In this document: positions 19,319-28,507 of the stretch, one piece after another | Layout of the letters: every line of letters begins with the position of its first letter | How positions within the stretch are numbered: position 1 is the stretch's first letter | Assembly (NCBI GenBank): GCA_013333105.2 | Contig: JABCPO020000039.1 | Span: 29,354 to 61,353, forward strand | DNA from: Clostridiales bacterium | Lineage (GTDB): Bacteria > Bacillota > Clostridia > TANB77 > CAG-508 | Direction: 5' to 3' | DNA length: 32,000 nucleotides | Notes under the pieces: generated by a model | What the model saw: the letters and a program-made list of their open reading frames with translations, nothing else | The model's database searches: none | Told to the model about the DNA's origin: nothing | Made by a program: the position numbers and the translations under genes

Positions 19319-20647
19319 CTACTTTAATATTTTTATTCCATTTAAAATTTCGTTTTCTATATCTTGTATATATTTTTCTTTAACTATATTACCATTTATT
19401 TCATCTTGGTCAAGTTTTTCTAATGTTTTATTTCCAATAAATATATATCCTAGTACATCTCCTTCATTGACTATATCACCACTTCTTTTATTTAATGCTA
19501 TTCCTGAATAATAATCAATTTCATCTTCTTTGTTTATTCTTCCAGATCCTGCTTTAAAAGAGGCTTTAGCAATTGATAATGCATCTATATTTGTTATAAA
19601 CCCTGTTTTTTTAGAATATACTGTATATTTATTTTCTTGTTGAGAATTTTTATAAACTTCTTCTTTAAATTTATTTAAATCTGCTCCTTGATTTTCTAAC
19701 ATCTCAACAAATTTGTAATAAGCTTTTTTATTTTCTATAACTTCTATTATATCTCTTTTTATAATTCTTCTGTCCTTTTGTGGCTCTTTTTCTTTAATTG
19801 CTTCTATTAATAATTCAAACACTACTTCTTGAAGTGAATCTATTTTTTCTCCATTTAAGAAAGCCATTGCTTCTAAAACTTCTAATGAATTTCCTATGCA
19901 ATATCCTAAAGGCTCTTCCATACTTGTTAATCTAGAAATTATATTTACATTTGATAACTTTCCGATTTTCTCCATTAATTTTTTTAGTTCAGTCGCTTTA
20001 CCTAAACTTTTCATAAAAGCTCCACTTCCATAAGTAACATCTAGAATTATATTTTCTGCTCCTGAAGCTATTTTTTTACTCATTATACTAGAAGTTATCA
20101 ATGGTATTGAATCTGTACATGCAATAGAACTTCTTAATTTATATATTTTACCATCTGCCGGAACAACTTTATCTGTTTGAGACATTATACTTGCTCCAAC
20201 TTTCTTAATATTATTTTTAAATTCTTCTAAACTTAATGCAATCTTAAATCCTGGAATAGACTCCAATTTATCTACTGTTCCTCCAGTATATCCTAGTCCT
20301 CTACCACTCATTTTTGCCACTTTATATCCTAAAGATGCTAGTATCGGTATAATTACTAATGTAACTTTATCACCTACTCCACCTGTACTATGTTTATCAA
20401 ATATAATCCCTTTAATATCTGATAAATCTACTATTTCTCCAGATTTAACCATTTCGTCTGTTAATATTAATGTTTCTGTTTCTGTCATTCCATTTATTTT
20501 TATTGCAGTTAATAATGCTGCCATTTGATAATCTGGTAGTTCTTCTTTTACATAAGCACTAATTACATATCTTATTTCATTTTCTTCTAATTCTTTTCCT
20601 TTTATTTTCTTTTCAATTATGTCTACTATATTATATTTATTTTGCAT
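19319..20647 (-). CDS. pdp: Pyrimidine-nucleoside (thymidine) phosphorylase
   Basis: 442 aa. YQMAALLTAIKINGMTETETLILTDEMVKSGE, DKHSTGGVGDKVTLVIIPILASLG, KMSGRGLGYTGGTVDKLESIPGF. Confidence 0.96.
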   Translation of the reverse strand: MQNKYNIVDIIEKKIKGKELEENEIRYVISAYVKEELPDYQMAALLTAIKINGMTETETLILTDEMVKSGEIVDLSDIKGIIFDKHSTGGVGDKVTLVIIPILASLGYKVAKMSGRGLGYTGGTVDKLESIPGFKIALSLEEFKNNIKKVGASIMSQTDKVVPADGKIYKLRSSIACTDSIPLITSSIMSKKIASGAENIILDVTYGSGAFMKSLGKATELKKLMEKIGKLSNVNIISRLTSMEEPLGYCIGNSLEVLEAMAFLNGEKIDSLQEVVFELLIEAIKEKEPQKDRRIIKRDIIEVIENKKAYYKFVEMLENQGADLNKFKEEVYKNSQQENKYTVYSKKTGFITNIDALSIAKASFKAGSGRINKEDEIDYYSGIALNKRSGDIVNEGDVLGYIFIGNKTLEKLDQDEINGNIVKEKYIQDIENEILNGIKILK

Positions 20648-20679
20648 AATACTCTCTCTTATCTTTTGTATTTATTTTA

Positions 20680-21315
20680 TTAATGTTTATTTAAATTTTT
20701 TAAAAAGCTTTTTCTATGTATATCTAATACTCCATACTCTTTTATAGCTTCATAGTGTTTTTTTGTCCCATATCCTTTATGTGATTTTATTCCGTATTCT
20801 GGATACATTTCATCATATATATCCATCATATTGTCACGTGTAACTTTTGCTATTATAGAAGCACAAGCTATACTATATGAAGTATCATCTCCTTTTACTA
20901 TACTTTTACTTTCTAATCCATGTGTATTTATTTTATTTAAGGCATCTAATAATACAATGTCTGCATTATCTTTTAAGTTATATATTATTTTTTCCGTTCC
21001 TTTTTTAGTTGCTTCTAAAATATTAATCTCATCAATTGTATTTGAATCTATAATTTGAATATCATAATATTTAACATCTTTTAATATTTTATCATACAAT
21101 TCTTTTCTTTTTTTATCTGTCAATTTTTTTGAATCTCTTACTCCTAATATATTAGAATCTTTTTTCATTATTACTCCTGCAACAACTACAGGCCCAAGTA
21201 AAGGTCCTCTTCCTGCTTCATCTATTCCTAACACTCTTTTTCCACAAGATTCATCATATTCTTTAAGTCTTTTTAATGTTTCTTGATAGACTTTTTCTCT
21301 TTCTTCTTTAGTCAT
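20680..21315 (-). CDS. rnhB: Ribonuclease HII
   Basis: 211 aa. VLGIDEAGRGPLLGPVVVAGVI, GVRDSKKLTDKKRKELY, IACASIIAKVTRDNMM, GYGTKKHYEAIKEYG. Confidence 0.97.
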   Translation of the reverse strand: MTKEEREKVYQETLKRLKEYDESCGKRVLGIDEAGRGPLLGPVVVAGVIMKKDSNILGVRDSKKLTDKKRKELYDKILKDVKYYDIQIIDSNTIDEINILEATKKGTEKIIYNLKDNADIVLLDALNKINTHGLESKSIVKGDDTSYSIACASIIAKVTRDNMMDIYDEMYPEYGIKSHKGYGTKKHYEAIKEYGVLDIHRKSFLKNLNKH

Positions 21316-21391
21316 TTTATTCTCCTTAATAAAATTATACTTCTTCCAATATATATTATATACTATACAGTTTATTTAAAACAGTATTTAA

Positions 21392-21435
21392 AAAAATAAG
21401 TATATGTATTATTTTTAATAAATATACTTATTTTT
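21392..21435 (-). terminator. Intrinsic terminator-like hairpin downstream of the YhaN-like gene
   Basis: Perfect 14-bp arms aaaaataagtatat (21392-21405) and atatacttattttt (21422-21435), 16-nt loop, T tract on the minus strand; 43 bp past the stop. Confidence 0.6.
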
Positions 21436-21477
21436 CCTTTTATTCACCTATTTATTTTACCTTGTATTGTATCTATT

Positions 21478-23415
21478 TTATAAATAAATATAATTAACAT
21501 CTTTATCTTGTAAAATATCTATTTCTCTTTGAGAACAAGTAAATATAATAACTTGTCTTTCTTTATACTCTTCTAATAAAAAGTATAATACATTTTCCAA
21601 TCTTTTATCATCATAAAAAGCAAATGCTTCATCTAAAATTAAAGGTAATTTTTCTTTTGATACTGTTTCTAACATTGCTATTCTTAATGCTAAATTTATT
21701 TGCTCTATTGTTCCTGTACTCAATAATTCTAGATCTACTAACTCTCCTGATTCATTTCTAACTTTTATTTCATTACTTCTATTTATTGAAATATCATTAT
21801 ATTTATTTTCTGTTATTTTAGAAGCTATATAACTTAATCTATCATTAAACATAGGCCCTATATTATCTTTAAGTTCATCATATGACTTAATCAATAATTC
21901 CTTTGCAATATCAAAAGCTTTATTATAATTTAAAAGTTCTTCTTTTTCTTCTTGTAATTTTTCAATTTTTTCTGTTATTTCTGATAATTTAAATACCGTT
22001 TTTTCCATTATATTTTTTTCTGCGTCAATTGCACTTAATTTAAATATTATATTTTGATATTTATTTTCTATTTTTTTACTTTCAATTGCAAGTTCACCTG
22101 GTTTTTTATTTAACACTTCTGTTATGTATTTATCACTTAATTTTTCTTTATATTTTATTTTTATATTTTCAACATATACTTTATTAGAGTCTGCTATAAC
22201 TTCTTGTTCTTTTTCCATTTCTTTCTCTAATACCATTATTTCTTTTCGTAATCCAAATACTTCTTTTTCTATCAATCTATTATTTTCTTCTGCTTCTGCC
22301 ATTTCCTTATCTATTTTATTTTTTGAAAATAAATATGAAAAAGTTACAACTAATAAATATATTAATATAAGTAATAGTCCTGCATGAAGATAATAACTTG
22401 TTCCTTTATATGTAAGTATGTCAAATTGTTCTTTATATCCTTCAATCACTCCATAATGAATTAATGTTAATATTCCTAAAATTACACCTAAAATTATAAA
22501 TATTCCTGTAAATATCCCATTTCTTCCTTTTGATTTTTCAAATGGACTTTCTTTAGTTATAGTGTCTATTTTTTCTTGTTTTAAATCAAATATTCTATCT
22601 TGTTTTTGTTTTATTTCTGAATATATATTAACATTTGAATCTTTATTTACTCCTGCTTCTAAATAATATTCTTTGACTTCATTTATAAATTCTCTTTTTA
22701 TATCTATTTCTGAAAATTCATTTTGAACTTCTTTTCTATCTAATATTATTTTATTTTTCTTTTCTCTTGTGTTATATATTTCTTGTTTTTCTTGTTCTAA
22801 TTTAAGCAGTGCTTCTTCTATATCATTAATTGGTCTTTTTTTAGTTCTTGATGTACCTATTTCTTCTATTTGTCTATTAGATAATTTCTTTAATAAATTA
22901 TTATATGAGATATTTTCTTCACCTGTACTTACTAAATTAGTCATTTTTTGTACCATTTGTGATTTTTCTTTTTCATCTAATACAACTAATTTTTGATATG
23001 ATATACCACTATTTTGAAATGTAACTTTATCTATGCCTGTTTGTTCTTCTAAAAAATCTATACCATTTTTTGTACTTTTGAACAGCTTTGATATATCATT
23101 TTTATTTTCATCATAAATAACTGGGTTTTTCTTTTTAAAATTTCTAAATACTTCATATTTCAAATTATTATCTAGTGTATATTTAACAGAACCTGAAAAA
23201 TCATCAGATATCCATGGCATATATCTGTCAAATTCTGAAATATATGAATTTTGTTTTTTCTTATCTATCCCATAAAGTATAGAATTTATAAATGACAATA
23301 ATGTACTTTTACCAGCTTCATTATATCCTTTTATAATATTAATACCTTGTTTCAATTCTATATCTTTATTTTCTATTCTCCCATAACTATTTATTTTTAG
23401 CTTGTCTATCTTCAA
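21478..23415 (-). CDS. SbcC/Rad50-like AAA ATPase (YhaN-like) with central TM segments
   Basis: 645 aa. N-terminal LKINSYGRIENKDIELKQGINIIKGYNEAGKSTLLSFINSILYG, coiled coils, two hydrophobic segments (GIFTGIFIILGVILGILTLIHYG and YLHAGLLLILIYLLVVTFSYLF), C-terminal LLSTGTIEQINLALRIAMLE...LPLILDEAFAFYDDKRL. Confidence 0.88.
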   Translation of the reverse strand: MKIDKLKINSYGRIENKDIELKQGINIIKGYNEAGKSTLLSFINSILYGIDKKKQNSYISEFDRYMPWISDDFSGSVKYTLDNNLKYEVFRNFKKKNPVIYDENKNDISKLFKSTKNGIDFLEEQTGIDKVTFQNSGISYQKLVVLDEKEKSQMVQKMTNLVSTGEENISYNNLLKKLSNRQIEEIGTSRTKKRPINDIEEALLKLEQEKQEIYNTREKKNKIILDRKEVQNEFSEIDIKREFINEVKEYYLEAGVNKDSNVNIYSEIKQKQDRIFDLKQEKIDTITKESPFEKSKGRNGIFTGIFIILGVILGILTLIHYGVIEGYKEQFDILTYKGTSYYLHAGLLLILIYLLVVTFSYLFSKNKIDKEMAEAEENNRLIEKEVFGLRKEIMVLEKEMEKEQEVIADSNKVYVENIKIKYKEKLSDKYITEVLNKKPGELAIESKKIENKYQNIIFKLSAIDAEKNIMEKTVFKLSEITEKIEKLQEEKEELLNYNKAFDIAKELLIKSYDELKDNIGPMFNDRLSYIASKITENKYNDISINRSNEIKVRNESGELVDLELLSTGTIEQINLALRIAMLETVSKEKLPLILDEAFAFYDDKRLENVLYFLLEEYKERQVIIFTCSQREIDILQDKDVNYIYL

Positions 23416-23416
23416 T

Positions 23417-24568
23417 TTATGAATTCCTCATTTCTTCCATCATTATTTCTATAGCTTTTTGGATATTTTGCTTTTTCTTTATATCTTCTTCTGAATCGCT
23501 TAATATTTCTATTTCCTTTAATGCATTTTTTACAAATACACCTCTTAATGTATTTTCTTTAGATATTTCTTCTAAATCATAATTAATTGTTGTTAAATCA
23601 TTTATTTTAATTATATTTTCCATATCAAGATTATCAAATATATATCTTGTATTAATTTCAAAATTCTTTTCTCCTATTAAATTAATTTTAATATAATTCA
23701 TTTTATTTAATTTTTTTATCATGATATGTGTTATTAATTCTTGGATACTTCTTATTTCTGTTATATCAACATTTATTTCTTCATATATTCTATCATCAAA
23801 AGTTATATGCTCTATATATAACTTTTCTTCTTCCATATGTCTAAATCCGTCTGTTCTATGATTATTTGTTAATTGATATACTATACCTTTTTTAAATTCT
23901 CCTTTTATAAATCCAGCATTATCATCTTGAAATCTATAATTCATAAAACTTCCTGGATATATAGTTGTTTCCATTGGATTATAATTTGATTTATGAATAT
24001 GTCCTAATGCAACATAATCAAATCCTATTTTTTCTAATTCTTTTTTATCTAACGGATTGTATTTTTTTTGAATTTCATCATTTTTAGACCCATCTAAATC
24101 TCCATGTACTACTAATATATTTCGTTTTCCATTCTCTTTTATCTTAAAATTAGTAAAATCAATCCCTTCATCATAAAAATCAGTAAATCCGTATCCATAT
24201 ATATTAGCTTTTTCTGTTTCTATACATTCGAAACTTTTAAATATATGTACATTTTCTGGGAATAATCTAGAATATTTCTCATACATTGATTCTTTGACAT
24301 AAGGATCATGATTACCTGGAGATATAAATATATGAACATTTGGTATCTCTTTAAACATTTCAATCAACATGTTCATTGTATAGTCTTTTATATACTCATG
24401 TTCATATAAATCTCCAGCTATAAATAAATATTCTATTGATTCCAATTTTATAAGATCTATTAATTTTTTTAAATTTTCTATTTGTTCTAATCTTCTTTTT
24501 TCTCCTAAATATCCTAATGCTTTAAATGGCATATCTAAATGGATATCAGCAACATGAATAAATTTCAT
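23417..24568 (-). CDS. SbcD/Mre11-like metallophosphoesterase (YhaO-like DNA exonuclease)
   Basis: 383 aa. MKFIHVADIHLDMPFKAL, FIAGDLYEHEY, FISPGNHDPYV, ILVVHGDLDG, FDYVALGHIHKSN. Confidence 0.93.
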   Translation of the reverse strand: MKFIHVADIHLDMPFKALGYLGEKRRLEQIENLKKLIDLIKLESIEYLFIAGDLYEHEYIKDYTMNMLIEMFKEIPNVHIFISPGNHDPYVKESMYEKYSRLFPENVHIFKSFECIETEKANIYGYGFTDFYDEGIDFTNFKIKENGKRNILVVHGDLDGSKNDEIQKKYNPLDKKELEKIGFDYVALGHIHKSNYNPMETTIYPGSFMNYRFQDDNAGFIKGEFKKGIVYQLTNNHRTDGFRHMEEEKLYIEHITFDDRIYEEINVDITEIRSIQELITHIMIKKLNKMNYIKINLIGEKNFEINTRYIFDNLDMENIIKINDLTTINYDLEEISKENTLRGVFVKNALKEIEILSDSEEDIKKKQNIQKAIEIMMEEMRNS

Positions 24569-24580
24569 ATTTCTCCTTTT

Positions 24581-26641
24581 CTATTTTCCATTTGTTCTTT
24601 CTGATTCTTCTATTTCTCCAAATAGTTCATCAAATTTCTTTTCTAATTCTTTTTCTAAATTAACTTCTAAATTTTTTATTATTTTTTTCTTTTCTTCTTT
24701 TTTTCTTGGTTCTTCTTTAAAAGCATCTTCTGAGAATGAGTATATATCATTGTTTAAATCTTCTATACCTAAATTTCTAACATCTTTTGATGTTCCTTTT
24801 GTATTTTTATCTGATTTTATTCCTAATAATTCTTTTTCATTTCCTCCAAATTGTTGTACTAATTCTCTATTTATATCTTCTGGATTTTTTCGCATATTAC
24901 CATCAAATTCACGCCAAGGTCCTCTATTAACCTTATATTCATTATGATTTGCAGTATAATTTAAAAGAACTCTTCCTCCTGGTTCTTTAAAGTAATAATA
25001 TTTTTGAGCTAATATTGGCTTTACTCCTTTTTCAATTATAATACATTCATCATCTCCTAATCTTCTTATTTCGTCTGGAGTCATTAAAGGTCTTGAGAAT
25101 TTATTTGTTGACTTACTTTCACTTTTACCTTTTTCTTCTTTTCCTTTTGATTCACTAACTGATACACTTTCATCCCAAACAGTAATCTCTCCTAATTGTT
25201 TAGAAAAATATTCAGCTGTTTTTTGTGAATTTGATCCTAAGAATAAGTGAGTATCACAATTTGCCATAATTGTTTCATATGAATCTTTATATAGATTTTC
25301 CAATTGATCTAAATTTTGTAAAATAACATTAAAAGATATTCTTCTACTTCTAGATGTTGAAATCTTTTTATCAAAATCTGGTATTTGCCCAATATTCGCA
25401 AACTCATCTAAGAAGAAAAATACTGGCACTTTTAATCCACCACCATTGGAATCTGCATGATCATATAAAGCTTGTATCATTTGTGCAAAGAATATTGTTA
25501 ATAAAAAGTCATATGTTGTATGTGTATCTGGTGATATAACAAATAATGCTGTTTTTTTATCTCCTATTTCTTTAAAATCAATTGTATTTGTTGCAGTAAG
25601 TGCTGCTATATCAATCGATTCAAATTTTCCTAATTTAGATTGTAAAGTTGATAAAATTGAACTATATGCTTTATCTGCAGCTAATTTTACAGATTCATAA
25701 TACTTTCTTGCCTTATGTCCTGGTTTTTCTTCTTCTAATTCTTTCATCATTATATCTAAATGATTAAAATCACCACTATTATTAGCTAATCTAACCAAAT
25801 TGGCACAACTTGCTAAATTAATTTCTTCTTTATATCCAACTTCTTTTAATAATAATATTATTGCTTTTAAAAGTAACATTGCGTTATTATCCCAGTACTC
25901 ATCTCCTCCAGTAGCTCCACCTTGTCCTTTTATAATTGTATTTGCAACAATATCTAAATCTGTATCTGTATTAATATTTAATAATGGATTAAATCCATCA
26001 CTATTTTGTGGCTGAATTAAATTTAATACCTTTATTTCATATCCATTTTCTCTAAAATAACTAGCTGTTTTATCATAAAGTTCACCTTTTGGATCAGTAA
26101 ATACATATGAACCTAATAAATTAGTTACATTAGGAGTAACAAATGATGCTGATTTTCCAGATCCTGATCCTCCTATTACTAAAACATTAATATTTCCTCT
26201 TTTGTCTACTGGTAAATAATTATCTTTTGCTAATAATATTCCTTCTTTTTTACTTAAAACTTTATATTGTTCACCTTTTTTAGCCCATTCTGCTGATCCA
26301 TGTTCTTTCTTTTCCCATTCTGGCTTTTTCTTTTTAGGCTTAAACATAAAATATAGTATAGGAACATAATATACAAATATAGCTATTTTAAATATATTTA
26401 TATATGCATCCATTACTTGACCTAATCTAAACATCTCACCTATTGACCAAAATGGATTTGTTAATGAATATTTCAAATTATCCATAAATATGCTTATACT
26501 AACTTCACTGTTTTGAATTATTTTAAAATTACCATATGCTATTGCTACTGCAAATGCTGGTAATATAATAATACATAATACCAAAAATAATATAGTTATT
26601 GGCATTATTGTCTTTTTTAAAACTTTAAATGATTCTCCCAT
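24581..26641 (-). CDS. VirD4/TraG-family type IV secretion coupling ATPase
   Basis: 686 aa. N-terminal TM segments, NVLVIGGSGSGKSASFVTPNV (Walker A), GSYVFTDPKGELYDKTASYFRENGYEIKVLN, PVFFFLDEFANIGQIPDFDKKISTSRSRRISFNVILQNLDQL (Walker B region), NCDTHLFLGSNSQKTAEYFSKQLGE, SRPLMTPDEIRRL. Confidence 0.93.
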   Translation of the reverse strand: MGESFKVLKKTIMPITILFLVLCIIILPAFAVAIAYGNFKIIQNSEVSISIFMDNLKYSLTNPFWSIGEMFRLGQVMDAYINIFKIAIFVYYVPILYFMFKPKKKKPEWEKKEHGSAEWAKKGEQYKVLSKKEGILLAKDNYLPVDKRGNINVLVIGGSGSGKSASFVTPNVTNLLGSYVFTDPKGELYDKTASYFRENGYEIKVLNLIQPQNSDGFNPLLNINTDTDLDIVANTIIKGQGGATGGDEYWDNNAMLLLKAIILLLKEVGYKEEINLASCANLVRLANNSGDFNHLDIMMKELEEEKPGHKARKYYESVKLAADKAYSSILSTLQSKLGKFESIDIAALTATNTIDFKEIGDKKTALFVISPDTHTTYDFLLTIFFAQMIQALYDHADSNGGGLKVPVFFFLDEFANIGQIPDFDKKISTSRSRRISFNVILQNLDQLENLYKDSYETIMANCDTHLFLGSNSQKTAEYFSKQLGEITVWDESVSVSESKGKEEKGKSESKSTNKFSRPLMTPDEIRRLGDDECIIIEKGVKPILAQKYYYFKEPGGRVLLNYTANHNEYKVNRGPWREFDGNMRKNPEDINRELVQQFGGNEKELLGIKSDKNTKGTSKDVRNLGIEDLNNDIYSFSEDAFKEEPRKKEEKKKIIKNLEVNLEKELEKKFDELFGEIEESERTNGK

Positions 26642-26650
26642 TATTTTCTC

Positions 26651-27307
26651 CTATTTTTCAATATCATAATTAATTTCTTTAGATACAGGTATTTTTTTAC
26701 TCATATCCTTATTTATACTCTCAATAAATAAATTATAATCAATCCTTCTAGCTTCTGTAGGATCGATATCTGCATAATATTTTTCATTTTTCTTTTCAAA
26801 TTTACATATACCAACTGCCACTGTTCGATAACTTCCAAATCTAAATTCAATAGCTAAATACTTTTTATTTGGCTTTAATTCACAAACTATATATTCTTTT
26901 CCTTCATCTATTATCTTTTTTTCTTTTAATTCTTCTGCAGTATCTAAATTAATAATTATTATCTTTCTATCTTCAGACGGAGTATATGAAAAATACTCTA
27001 TATCTGTATTTGTTTCAATATTTGTATATTTTGCTCCTTTAGGCTTAGAAGATACAACTAATTCTTTATCATTTACATATCCTCCATTTATTATATACTT
27101 ATCTTTCCATACACTTAAAAGAAGTAATTCTTTATTAACGTCATCCATCATAAATTCTTTTATAATATAATCCTCATTTGTTATTATTTTACTTTTAACT
27201 CTAGTAATTTTATAAATTATATCATTTTCTTTTTTTTCTTTATCTATTTGATAAATAATATTTTTAACTCCTGAATTTTCAGTTATTTTAAAACTAAATT
27301 TAGACAT
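26651..27307 (-). CDS. Hypothetical protein, first gene of the VirD4-YhaO-YhaN putative operon
   Basis: Track ORF begins at 27376 but ATG at 27307 (MSKFSFKITENSG...) has a GAGGGAG ribosome-binding site. No recognised family; stop lies 9 bp before the VirD4-like start. Confidence 0.75.
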   Translation of the reverse strand: MSKFSFKITENSGVKNIIYQIDKEKKENDIIYKITRVKSKIITNEDYIIKEFMMDDVNKELLLLSVWKDKYIINGGYVNDKELVVSSKPKGAKYTNIETNTDIEYFSYTPSEDRKIIIINLDTAEELKEKKIIDEGKEYIVCELKPNKKYLAIEFRFGSYRTVAVGICKFEKKNEKYYADIDPTEARRIDYNLFIESINKDMSKKIPVSKEINYDIEK

Positions 27308-27365
27308 TTTTTTCTCCCTCTTTTGTACATATATATCATTATATTTTAGTATATACAAAAAATAA

Positions 27366-27425
27366 AAAAAAGGCATTATTTTTACTTAAATATTAACAAT
27401 ATTTTAGTCTTTTAATACCTTTTTT
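27366..27425. terminator. Intrinsic terminator for the DUF368 transcript
   Basis: Arms aaaaaaggcatta (27366-27378) and taatacctttttt (27413-27425) pair over 13 bp with one wobble/mismatch; intervening AATATT-rich hairpin; T tract on the minus strand. Confidence 0.65.
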
Positions 27426-27460
27426 ACATTATATTATATTATTTTAATTATATAATACAA

Positions 27461-28477
27461 TTATTTATTATTTTCTTCGAATTTTTTAAAATATCCACCA
27501 ACATATTTAATTAAAAATGCTAGTATTACTCCACCTATAAATGCTATAACACAATTAATTATTAAATTAGTTGTATATCCATTATTTGGGCTTTTAGGTA
27601 GCATTAATAACACTGAACCTATTACAAATCCTATTACAGCAAAATTTGTTTCTTCTGTATATTTTTCTAATAAAAACTTTATCGCTTTAATCGCTAAAAT
27701 AAGTCCTAATATAACTCCTATTCCTAATGGAATTAAGAATATTAATTGTAATTTATTTATACTAAACAACATAACATCATAATATCCTAAAACACCAATT
27801 ACTAATGCTCCAGATATACCAGGAAATAGCATAGCTATTGATCCAATCGCTCCAACTATTATAGCTGGTATTATAGTTGTTATTCCTAATTCTTCTGGTT
27901 TAACTATATTTAATCCTATACCTTTTTGTTTTAATATAAACAATATTGTTAAAAATAGAAATGTAATTATACCTGGTACCATATTTTTAAATAATGTAAA
28001 TATATATTGTTTTTTTACTTTTTTTACATCTTGTTCTTTTGTTTTTTCTAATTCTTCTTTTAATTTTTGATTATGTGCTACTATCACATCATATACAAGT
28101 ATTGGGATTGACGCAACAATTAATCCTACAAAAATATAATTTCTAACAATTTCTGCATCACCTTTTAAACTTGCAAATAATTTAGAGAAAAATAGCATTG
28201 ATAAAATGCATATTATTCCTATTGGTATTAAAAAGCTTTTTTGCTCATTTATTAATTCTAAAATTCCTTCAGAAATCGCATTAACTTTTCCTTTTAAATT
28301 TTTAGAACCTAATAATTTTTTTAATGTTTTTCTTGCTATTTCCACTGACTCATTTAAATTATTTATAAAATATTCATATATTCCAAATATTAATAGTGTT
28401 GTTCCTACACTAGCACCTGGAAATACTGTTGATAATCCAAGCGTTATACCTATTACTATATTTCTTAAAGTTTTCAT
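27461..28477 (-). CDS. DUF368 family polyprenyl-phosphate-transporter-like membrane protein
   Basis: 338 aa, multiple TM segments, repeated motifs TVFPGASVGTTLLIFGIYEYF and MLFPGISGALVIGVLGYYD. Confidence 0.88.
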   Translation of the reverse strand: MKTLRNIVIGITLGLSTVFPGASVGTTLLIFGIYEYFINNLNESVEIARKTLKKLLGSKNLKGKVNAISEGILELINEQKSFLIPIGIICILSMLFFSKLFASLKGDAEIVRNYIFVGLIVASIPILVYDVIVAHNQKLKEELEKTKEQDVKKVKKQYIFTLFKNMVPGIITFLFLTILFILKQKGIGLNIVKPEELGITTIIPAIIVGAIGSIAMLFPGISGALVIGVLGYYDVMLFSINKLQLIFLIPLGIGVILGLILAIKAIKFLLEKYTEETNFAVIGFVIGSVLLMLPKSPNNGYTTNLIINCVIAFIGGVILAFLIKYVGGYFKKFEENNK

Positions 28478-28507
28478 TTTCTACCTTTCTTATTTTTTAT
28501 ATCTTTT

